A stretch of 64,000 bases of DNA from an uncultured delta proteobacterium. GTDB lineage: Bacteria > Desulfobacterota > Binatia > UBA9968. Within the stretch, counting starts at the first letter, position 1. Each line of letters starts with the position of its first letter. A model generated the notes under the pieces. It was not told where the DNA came from. It saw only the letters and a list, made by a program, of their open reading frames with translations, and made no database searches. Positions 39,683-47,812 of this stretch are shown piece by piece. The stretch is taken from NCBI GenBank assembly GCA_963727625.1, contig CAVSHR010000004.1:864001-928000 (forward strand). The letters are read 5' to 3'. The position numbers were made by a program, and so were the translations under genes.

Positions 39683-39855
39683 CACCACGAAGATCCCAAT
39701 GCAGCGAAATCCTAACCCTATCTCGGAGTATTTCTCGCAAAGACGCAAAGTCGCCAAGTTCGGAAATCCGTTTTATTTCTTTGCGGCCTTTGCGTCTTCG
39801 CGAGAGACATTCCGAGCACTTTGTGCGGCTGCGCCGTGCTGGGATCTTCGTGGTG
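39683..39855. repeat. Nested inverted-repeat element (about 170 bp)
   Basis: Outer perfect 16-bp IR CACCACGAAGATCCCA (39683-39698) / TGGGATCTTCGTGGTG (39840-39855). Inner imperfect arms of about 37 bp at 39722-39758 / 39779-39816. Confidence 0.85.
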
Positions 39856-39889
39856 TCTCCCTCGTTGCGGCCCGCTCGCGAGAACGCGC

Positions 39890-40750
39890 ATGATTAGATT
39901 CGACTACCAGGAACCGACGACGCTTAAAAAAGCCTTCGCCTTGATGGAAAAACACGGCGACGACGGGCGCGTCATCGCCGGCGGCACTTCGTTGCTCATC
40001 ATGATGCGCCAGCGGTTGCTCATGCCCAAGGTGGTGATCAGTCTGGGCCGGATTCCCAAGTTGGACCGTATCACCTACAAGGCCAAGGACGGCCTGCGTA
40101 TCGGCGCCGGCGCGCGCCACCGCGACATCGAGCTCTCGCCCGCCGTGCGCAAGCATTATCCCCTGCTCCACGAGACTTTTCGCAAAGTCGCCCAGCCGCG
40201 CATTCGTAACATGGGCACGGTCGGCGGCAACCTTGCCTGCGGCGATCCGCTGACCGATCCGGGCGCAAGCCTGATCGCCCTCGACGCCGAAGTGACGCTA
40301 ACCAGCAGCAAGGGAAAACGAACGTTGCCGCTGGACGAATTTTTCATCGATTACTACCAAACCGCGTTGGAACCGGGCGAATTGTTAACCGAGATCCGCG
40401 TCCCGCCGTCCCAGCGCCCGGGCTGGTCGCATATCAAATTCACGCCGCGCAGCGTCGAAGACTTTGCCACGGTGGGCGTCGCGATCACTTTGAAGGCCGA
40501 CAACGGCACCTGCGACGATATTCGCATCGGTCTCAACTCGGTTTCCTCGACCATCGTCCATGCTCGAAAAGCGGAGGACGTTTTGCGCGGCAAACCGATA
40601 AGCGACGCTGCGCTCCGGGAAATGGGCGAAGTCGCCGCCAGCGAATGCGATCCGACCGACGACAACCGCGGCTCCGCCGAGTACAAGCGCGAGATGGTCA
40701 AAGTCTTGGTGCGCCGCGCCGCACAAGAAGCGCTCCAACGCGCACGTTGA
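39890..40750 (+). CDS. Molybdenum hydroxylase FAD-binding subunit (CoxM-like)
   Basis: IAGGTSL, IRNMGTVGGNL and RGSAEYK motifs; no Cys-rich [4Fe-4S] insert. Confidence 0.93.
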   Translation: MIRFDYQEPTTLKKAFALMEKHGDDGRVIAGGTSLLIMMRQRLLMPKVVISLGRIPKLDRITYKAKDGLRIGAGARHRDIELSPAVRKHYPLLHETFRKVAQPRIRNMGTVGGNLACGDPLTDPGASLIALDAEVTLTSSKGKRTLPLDEFFIDYYQTALEPGELLTEIRVPPSQRPGWSHIKFTPRSVEDFATVGVAITLKADNGTCDDIRIGLNSVSSTIVHARKAEDVLRGKPISDAALREMGEVAASECDPTDDNRGSAEYKREMVKVLVRRAAQEALQRAR

Positions 40751-41270
40751 TCCGTAACATTTCTGGTCAATTCTCGACCGAATACCCAATAAGTTAAAGA
40801 CCGCACTGGCTTCCGCCGAGCATCTCGCGTTCCTGCCGTTCGACATATTCGATCTGGCCATTCGACGAGATCGCTCCCATCCTGAGGCGCTCGCCGACTG
40901 CGGCAAGGCAGCTCGCGGGCACCACACGCCCGCGGAGTGCATGGTCCGGCCACGGTTCCCGACGCCGATCTCACCACCAGCGAGAAGTTATCGTCACTTA
41001 CCTGGCTTTCGATACGTGCCGGTGACTTCGAAGCACCCATCGCGGTGCTCGATCCGCACCGCGGATCTCTCTCTCAGTAATCGAGACTTGTCAACGGGAG
41101 TTCTCATAGCTCCGCCGGGACAACTATTTAGGAGGGGTCGTCCAATCTGTGGGAAAGTTCGCCCAGCTGTCAGGCTCGACATGCACCCACGACACAGTTA
41201 CAAGTCCATTGACTAAGGAAATCGGGCTAGTAGTGTTGTGTTCACGTTCAAGCGGGAAGGAGATAAAGCC

Positions 41271-42143
41271 ATGGACTTCGCGTTACGACGTAATCGAAAG
41301 AAAGTGCGGATTAACCCGGTTTGGATTGCTTCAATAATCGCACTGATTATGGTCTTTTCTGCCGTGGCGCTACTCCCGGAACAAGCGAGTGGCCGAGTCG
41401 TGAAATTTCCCTTCGACGCGGGGAATTTTCCGCTCTCTCCCCTGATAAACAACCGATACTGGCCCCTTCCCGCCGGCGCCGTCTTCGTCTACCGCGCACA
41501 AAGTGCCGAAGAATGCAGCTTCGACAAGATAACAGTCACACAGAACACTAGGTCTGTGTTGGGCGTGGAAACACGAGTCGTCCGGGACCAGGCCTGGGTC
41601 ACGGAAGTCAACGATGATGGCTCGTGTAATTTGGCAACGGCAACGATGACGGAAGATACCGAGGACTACTACGCGCAGGATATCTTCGGGAACATCTGGT
41701 ATTTCGGTGAAGCCACCCGCGCGCAGGATCAAGAATCCGGAGTGTGCAGCAGCGAAGGCTCGTGGGAGGCGGGAGGAACTATCACCCCCGCAGCGCAACC
41801 CGGGATCATCATGCTGGACCGGCCCCGTAAAGGGGACCGATACCAACAAGAGTTCGCTGAAGACGTGGCTGAGGACATGGCTTCGGTGTTGCGGCTGAAA
41901 GATTCCGTATCAATCGCTCTCGGCGAATTCGATCAGTGTCTGGTGACCAAGGAGTGGACGCCGCTCGGGCCGGGGGATATAGAGCACAAGTTCTACTGCT
42001 TCGACGCCTGGGGCAATTCCGCCGGTCTCGTCTACATCGAAGAGCTGAAAGGTAAAACGGTCAAAGTCGAGTTCATCGGCGACTCTCTGCCAGCGGCGTT
42101 TCCGGGCGAGTCAACCCCCTTCCCGGCGATCTGCATGCCGTAG
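41271..42143 (+). CDS. Exported hypothetical protein (beta-rich)
   Basis: AGGAG RBS; signal/TM segment; YYAQDIFGNIWYFGE, GSWEAG, PGIIM and HKFY blocks. Confidence 0.75.
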   Translation: MDFALRRNRKKVRINPVWIASIIALIMVFSAVALLPEQASGRVVKFPFDAGNFPLSPLINNRYWPLPAGAVFVYRAQSAEECSFDKITVTQNTRSVLGVETRVVRDQAWVTEVNDDGSCNLATATMTEDTEDYYAQDIFGNIWYFGEATRAQDQESGVCSSEGSWEAGGTITPAAQPGIIMLDRPRKGDRYQQEFAEDVAEDMASVLRLKDSVSIALGEFDQCLVTKEWTPLGPGDIEHKFYCFDAWGNSAGLVYIEELKGKTVKVEFIGDSLPAAFPGESTPFPAICMP

Positions 42144-42392
42144 TCGCGGGCATGATTGCTGCGGAGGTGGCAATCAAAACGAGGCTGCCTTTGTCGCATG
42201 TCACGCCGGCGCAGGGTTGGGATTATGTATGTCTGGCTTCTTTGATGTTTTTGCAGTCCCCGTCTCTTTGCATTCACGCCGATCAAACAGTAAATATCTA
42301 GGTCGTGGCGCAGTGAAGATAAGATTTTCGCCAAATCAATGTTTTGTCGTCAATTGATGATCCGAAAAGCGTTTCCATTACTTCCTTTCCAC

Positions 42393-43553
42393 CTAGGGAT
42401 GGAGCTTGGAGAGGGTGGCACTAAGAGCAGCTACGATGAGCTGGAATAATTCTTTGTATTCCTCTGGATCGGGTCGATAAGGCCATGCCAGGGAATGACC
42501 GGTGGTGTTCCGAATTCCCCAGGTCGCGCGAACCGCTCTCTGGGTGAAGTCAGGCGTAGTATCGTTCTTGATCTCTGCGATGACATCGTCGAACGTCTGC
42601 GCACCAAACCCTTGGGGAGCCGCGGTGAACCCAAATGCCGAATAAATACTGCCATCATTCAGGAAGTTATTGATAGTAGCCTTGCGGTTGACACTTTTAA
42701 TCACCCCGCCAGCCGGCGAAGTTTTGAGAAGAGTTTCAAAAAGGAGCGCTCCCTTGAAGAGATGAAGAAAAAACGGTTCGCCGGTGCTCGTCGGAGTTCC
42801 TGCAAGCGAAAGTTCCTTTGCCCTCGATGAAAATTCTAATAGAAAAGTAAAAACTCCGGTAACAGCTGATCTCTTGATGGAGCCGGGCGTCATCGCTGGC
42901 TTGACCAATTTATCTCGAAGTTCGTCGAGAGAGAGACTAATTCCGCTGGAGCTAGTCACCTCCCTCATAACATCCTCGAAGATTTTGCGAGTAATAGTCA
43001 CTAGCTCCTTGGCAGCCTGATTATTAGTCCTGTCGTCAAATAGTACGAATTTTCCCGATGGAAGCTCGAACCATCGGTCTTTGTGAAGCCGCAAGTCTTC
43101 TTCCAATGCAGCATCCATATAAAACAAGGCCTTCTCGAAATCCCGCGCCAAATACGAGGCCATCCCCAAGAAATAAAAAGGAGTTCCTTTGTGAATGTTC
43201 TGATATTTTGCCGGGTCATCTGCGGCCATTATTCCAAGCACATGTTCCCATGCGTTGATCTGGGCCACCGGCGAGTACCATAGTCTGCGTATGATCCCGG
43301 TTGAAGAAAATAAATCATCCGCGACCCCAGCGGCCATAAGAGCGTCAGCAGGGTCAATTTGTAGTTTTCTAAAATCTTCTATAAGCAACTTCTTATAGTC
43401 GTTGGTATAGAGATATACTTCGATCACCGACTTCCCCGCGGATTGATTAAGAAAATCCACTGACAGGAAAGAATTCGCCTGAGGCGATAACACTGGATCC
43501 GGTCCGCCAGGGCCATCGGTTTCTGTTAGGCTCGTGTTTGTTTCCCCGACCAT
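42393..43553 (-). CDS. Hypothetical protein, candidate TPR-like + HEPN-domain RNase
   Basis: TPR-like PFYFLGMASYLARDFEKALFYMDAALEED; C-terminal LFETLLK (ExxxK) and IRNTTGH (R-x4-H) followed by an amphipathic helix. AT-richer codons. The HEPN call is by motif only. Confidence 0.6.
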   Translation of the reverse strand: MVGETNTSLTETDGPGGPDPVLSPQANSFLSVDFLNQSAGKSVIEVYLYTNDYKKLLIEDFRKLQIDPADALMAAGVADDLFSSTGIIRRLWYSPVAQINAWEHVLGIMAADDPAKYQNIHKGTPFYFLGMASYLARDFEKALFYMDAALEEDLRLHKDRWFELPSGKFVLFDDRTNNQAAKELVTITRKIFEDVMREVTSSSGISLSLDELRDKLVKPAMTPGSIKRSAVTGVFTFLLEFSSRAKELSLAGTPTSTGEPFFLHLFKGALLFETLLKTSPAGGVIKSVNRKATINNFLNDGSIYSAFGFTAAPQGFGAQTFDDVIAEIKNDTTPDFTQRAVRATWGIRNTTGHSLAWPYRPDPEEYKELFQLIVAALSATLSKLHP

Positions 43554-43584
43554 TTGCTACCCCTTGAGAGTTTACGGCCTTTAT

Positions 43585-43857
43585 TCAAATTACTTTAAAC
43601 GCGGCCAAAAGACCGATTATTCCCACTGTTACTAGAACCAATCCAAATCGCTTGAACGTTCGTAAGATACCGTGCAATCTTCGCTCCGAATTGGGCCAGG
43701 ATTCATCGGGCACCACTCTATACAAAGCCGCCGTTACGATGTCCGCCCATTGCGCGTTCCACCGCTTTTTTGCGGTCACCGCATATAAGTAGTTCGCGTA
43801 CGCGCCAATTACGATCATTACAATGCTTCCGATCAGAAGCGACACATCTTCTACCAA
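43585..43857 (-). CDS. Small 2-TM hypothetical membrane protein
   Basis: Two hydrophobic segments; ends 31 bp upstream of, and co-directional with, the HEPN candidate. Confidence 0.55.
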   Translation of the reverse strand: MVEDVSLLIGSIVMIVIGAYANYLYAVTAKKRWNAQWADIVTAALYRVVPDESWPNSERRLHGILRTFKRFGLVLVTVGIIGLLAAFKVI

Positions 43858-44185
43858 TGCTCGGTCTCCGCAAAAACTCCGTAAAAGTCGGTTCTATGGC
43901 GTGCCCCTGGTCGTCGTTCGCGGCACGAATTACTATAGACCTTCAGCGTGATCGCGCAATCCGAATGCCCCTCGCTGTTATTCCGCTGTTTATCAGGCAA
44001 TGCCGCAATAGGGCCGAAAGCGATGAGGTGGTGTTTTTGATCGCGTTTTTCTGCAGATTCCTTAGTCGCGCTTCTAATTTCCGCCAAGGTGCAAAAATGG
44101 GATGGTCAAGTCTTTCATCTTGCTCTTTCAAAATGGTCGCTGAATATTCTGAAGTCTGCCGTGTTGAACGGCACGGAGGTAAACT

Positions 44186-44461
44186 ATGAATTTTCGTACA
44201 CACAAGGGAAAACTATTGAAGAACCCAAAAGTAAAGAAGGAGTACGAAAAACTCGGTCCGGAGTTCCACCTCGCGCAAAGCTTGATCAAAGCCCGTATGA
44301 AGAAAGGCTGGACACAAGCAGAACTGGCCCGCCGAGTCGGCATGCAACAACCAAATATCGCGCGACTCGAAGGCGGAAACTACGACCGGGTTTCATTACC
44401 TACTTTAAAAAAAGTCGCCCGCGCCCTGGGAGCAGAGATCGAGATCAAGCTCTCCGCGTAA
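44186..44461 (+). CDS. Xre/HigA-like HTH antitoxin/regulator
   Basis: GGAGG RBS; LLKNPKVKKEYEKL..ARMKKGWTQAELARRVGMQQPNIARLEGG. Confidence 0.9.
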   Translation: MNFRTHKGKLLKNPKVKKEYEKLGPEFHLAQSLIKARMKKGWTQAELARRVGMQQPNIARLEGGNYDRVSLPTLKKVARALGAEIEIKLSA

Positions 44462-44724
44462 ATAAGGCTGTTGCTCTCAAAACAACAGTTGGGGCGTCAT
44501 TTCGCGTCTGAGGCCATGGACGCCTATTTCCTAGTTCCGGTCCTCCGAGGTGAAGCGTTGATGGCGCGAGGTATTGAGAGTTCGACGGCAGCGCAAATGT
44601 TGATCACGAGTCCGCGTTACCCGCCCAATCCTCACTTTAGAGCCTCCAGAACGCGGCACGCCCTATGATGCTACCTACCGAAACGACGCTAGTCATAAGG
44701 ATGACCTGAAGATCACGGCCGACT

Positions 44725-45159
44725 TCACCCGGCCCAAATAATATCGAGTTCCAGAAGTAACCCAGCGTCTCGTTGCCGGCCATCTCCCGTTACGAATGGG
44801 ATGCGGAAACCCGCGGCGGCTTGAAATGCCATCAATGACGCGACATGGATCGCATCCAAGGCTGTTACCGGCACGGTCCCTTGAACAATCTCTTCAGCCC
44901 GGTTCAAAACGGTTTCGCCCACCTCGACCAACTCCCAGCGGGTGCGATCACTCCGAACCCTGCTCAGCGTCGCAACGAAGGCCTCTTCGGACAACTCTCT
45001 ATCGCGTCTTCGTCTCCCCAAGGCGGACATGATTTCAACGGGCGTAATCGCCGAGGAGAGCAAGTCGTGCTGGCGCAACAAAGACACAACCCGAGCAGAG
45101 CCCGGCTCTCTCACATATCGTTTGATCAGAGCGCTGGTATCGAAATAGGCGAATTTCAC
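44725..45159 (-). CDS. vapC: PIN-domain VapC toxin
   Basis: YFDTSALIKRY, ITPVEI and ALDAIHVAS..FVTGD acidic motifs. Confidence 0.92.
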   Translation of the reverse strand: MKFAYFDTSALIKRYVREPGSARVVSLLRQHDLLSSAITPVEIMSALGRRRRDRELSEEAFVATLSRVRSDRTRWELVEVGETVLNRAEEIVQGTVPVTALDAIHVASLMAFQAAAGFRIPFVTGDGRQRDAGLLLELDIIWAG

Positions 45160-45440
45160 CGCTCGTTGCGCTCCTCGCTGATGGTCTGCGACAGGGGTTT
45201 CCCCTTAACGCGAATTGCCTTCCAGGTCGGCTTTCCCATGGGTCCTCGCTGCCGAGCCGGACGCAGCAAGCCCTCCGACTCCAGACGGCGAATGATCGTT
45301 TCTTGATCTTCCTTGGTTTCAAGCGGCTTGATGACCGCGATAGGCTTCCCCCGCTCGGTCAATACGACTTCCTTGCCCTGCTTCACCGCTTTCATCGCTT
45401 TAGAAAAACTCTGGTTAGCCTCTCTCAATCCCATGCGCAT
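45156..45440 (-). CDS. Phd/YefM family antitoxin
   Basis: GLREANQSFS..VKQGKEVVLTERGKPIAVI; 4-bp overlap with vapC. Confidence 0.92.
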   Translation of the reverse strand: MRMGLREANQSFSKAMKAVKQGKEVVLTERGKPIAVIKPLETKEDQETIIRRLESEGLLRPARQRGPMGKPTWKAIRVKGKPLSQTISEERNER

Positions 45441-45456
45441 ATCGATCCTCTAATTT

Positions 45457-45503
45457 GTAGTGATATCACTACCTAGTGTACGCTTCCTCTCTCGGGACGT
45501 CAA
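45457..45503 (-). promoter_or_regulatory. TA operon promoter with palindromic operator
   Basis: TTGACG-17 bp-TACACT followed by the perfect 16-bp palindrome GTAGTGATATCACTAC (45457-45472). Confidence 0.8.
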
Positions 45504-45699
45504 ATTCTGTATGTGGACTCCCACTCCAGAACTTGATGGGAGACTAACTGGCGTGTGTTCTTGACCACGAACTCCGCATTACCGGCCCAATCATCGCTTT
45601 AGATCAGCAAGAAGATCCTGTGCTCGATTCCCACTGACAAACGGATCAACTATGGTCGAGTCCCACTTTCTGGCGTTCTTGTTTGGGATCGAGGCCTGG

Positions 45700-46238
45700 G
45701 GCCAGGACTCGATCCCTTGCGAGACGTGAGACTCATTGCGTTCGGCCGGATCGGTCTGGTCTCGCAGTCGCTCTTCACCGGTGTGGTCGATGCGGCGCTT
45801 TTGGCGGCGGCCGATACTGTCGAAGCGAAGAAATATGGCATGCGCATGCTCATGGATATGGCTACGGAGCGCATCCCCTGCCCGTTCACTTCGGTGGTGA
45901 CGATGAAAACGGTGCTGGACAAATCGCCCGTGCTGCTGGACCGATTTCTCAGAGGCATCCTGCACGGGATCAAACTTGCGCTGACCAATCCGGATATGGC
46001 AAAGAAGGCCTTGAGCAGACATATGCGGCTCGGTGAAGGCGAGACTCTCGATGAAGTTTATCAACGGGCCGTGTTGGCCTACGAGCGCGTGCCCATGGTC
46101 CCCAAAGAGGCAATCGAGACCGTGGTGAAGGTTTCGCCCATCCCTTCGAATCGAAACCCGTTCGGCGTGTTGGACATGGCTGTGCTCGAGCGCATCGATA
46201 ACGAAGGTTTTATTCGCTCGCTTTACGCGGCAAAATAG
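45700..46238 (+). pseudogene. 5'-truncated NMT1/TauA-type substrate-binding protein
   Basis: Begins mid-protein at GLDPLRDVRLIAFG..GVVDAA and ends with the typical LERIDNEGFIRSLY. No signal peptide or N-terminal half. Confidence 0.75.
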
Positions 46239-46258
46239 GGAATTTTCAGGAGGCTGTC

Positions 46259-47107
46259 ATGACGGATATCCGAGGCGTTGGGAAGAAGATCACCTACAGC
46301 GAGGACAATCCGATCAGCGCGGAGATCGACGCGCTGCGCAAAAACCGCGACAACATCAAGCGGCCGCCCAAAGGCGACGAGGAGCGCGAGCGGTTGGCGC
46401 GCTGGCTCGCGCACCGCGGCCGCGACGAGCTCGAAGTTACGGTCGGCACCGCGTGTTACGCCATGGCGCACTTCGAAATGGATTGCGAGTGGCGTTACTT
46501 TCTTGCCGAGCATGCCGGCACCGAGGCGGGCCACGGCTGGGGTTACATCCGCCAGGCCAATACCATCGACCCAAGCCGCGATCACTCGAAACCCGACCCG
46601 GAATTCGAGCGCCAGTACGGCCTGACGCCGCGCACCGAACACCACCAGATCATGAAGCGCGATTTTTTGAGCTACATTTTTTCCGGCAACTTGTGGCCTT
46701 ACGGCCATGTCACCGCGGCGAGCATCCAGAGCATCCAGATCACGACACCGAAACTGCTCGATTTCGAAGAGCGCGTGGTGCACGCCGAGGAGCGCACTCA
46801 TCACGACGCGATTTTGCAGAAAATCCACGACTACGTGTGGGAGCAGATCGAGATTTGGGGCGAAGCGCCGATTCGCCGGCGCATCGGCGAGATCGAGAAG
46901 CAGGCGCTCAACAGCCGCCCGCGCACGGTCTTCGATCCGCCGCGACGGGAGTTCCTACGCAAATACTTCAATGTGCCGGTAGAGAACGTGCGTAAATTTC
47001 CCGCGTGGCGGGAATATCTCTATCTCAACGTTCTCGGCTTTCCGCCCGAGCCGGTTTACATCGAGAACTGGCCCGCGGAAATTCCCCAACCCAAAGCGGG
47101 GCTGTAA
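46259..47107 (+). CDS. Ferritin-like probable diiron protein
   Basis: AGGAGG RBS; two ExxH motifs (GTEAGHG, AEERTHH) about 85 aa apart, with an upstream Glu. Confidence 0.65.
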   Translation: MTDIRGVGKKITYSEDNPISAEIDALRKNRDNIKRPPKGDEERERLARWLAHRGRDELEVTVGTACYAMAHFEMDCEWRYFLAEHAGTEAGHGWGYIRQANTIDPSRDHSKPDPEFERQYGLTPRTEHHQIMKRDFLSYIFSGNLWPYGHVTAASIQSIQITTPKLLDFEERVVHAEERTHHDAILQKIHDYVWEQIEIWGEAPIRRRIGEIEKQALNSRPRTVFDPPRREFLRKYFNVPVENVRKFPAWREYLYLNVLGFPPEPVYIENWPAEIPQPKAGL

Positions 47108-47338
47108 AACGCATTGCCGACTTGAGGAGAAATTCTTTCAACGGCAGCCCCGCGTCGTGTTTTTCACTTAGCCGTTTTGACCGCCAGCAAGGATACCGTC
47201 GGGCTCGCGGTGCTTCGATCAGGTCTCAAGCATCGGGCGAGGTCCGCTCCAAATCATTGACATCGTGGCAGAACCGCCTTTCGCGCAAGTTGTCACCAAG
47301 CTTGATTCACCGAATCTCTAAAGATATTCTGCTATTTT

Positions 47339-47812
47339 ATGAAACAAACGATCCATGTCACGGTTAACGGCCGGCTCTACGAAGAAGACGTCGAGCCCCG
47401 TCTACTCTTGGCCCATTTTCTCCGCGAGAAAATCGGTCTCACCGGCACTCACATCGGCTGCGTCGTCGGCGAGTGCGGCGCCTGCTCGGTGCTGCTCGAC
47501 GGTAAAGTGGTGAAATCCTGCCTCCATTTCGCCGTGCAGGCGGACGGCCGGGAAGTCACCACCATCGAAGGGCTCGCGAAAAACGGCGAGCTCAATCCGG
47601 TGCAGGAAGCGTTTGTGAAGAACTATGCATTTCAGTGCGGCTATTGCACGCCGGGCATGGTGATGACGAGCTACGCTCTTTTGCAAACCAATCCCAACCC
47701 GTCGGAAGCGGAGATCCGCAAGGCGCTCGCCGGCAATCTTTGTATGTGCACCGGCTATGTGCAGATCGTCGAAGCGGTCAAAGAAGCGGCAAAGGGAATG
47801 AAAAATGGCTAA
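47339..47812 (+). CDS. CoxS-like 2x[2Fe-2S] subunit
   Basis: GCVVGECGAC, QCGYCTPG and NLCMCTGY motifs. Confidence 0.93.
   Translation: MKQTIHVTVNGRLYEEDVEPRLLLAHFLREKIGLTGTHIGCVVGECGACSVLLDGKVVKSCLHFAVQADGREVTTIEGLAKNGELNPVQEAFVKNYAFQCGYCTPGMVMTSYALLQTNPNPSEAEIRKALAGNLCMCTGYVQIVEAVKEAAKGMKNG

Noticed and set aside
36685-40750. 4-hydroxybenzoyl-CoA reductase (hcrCAB)
   Set aside because: The FAD subunit is about 286 aa without the Cys-rich [4Fe-4S] insert of HcrB.
43770-44189. HigB/RelE toxin upstream of the Xre antitoxin
   Set aside because: The ORF overlaps the antitoxin start (ATGA) but has no recognisable toxin motifs and also overlaps an opposite-strand gene.
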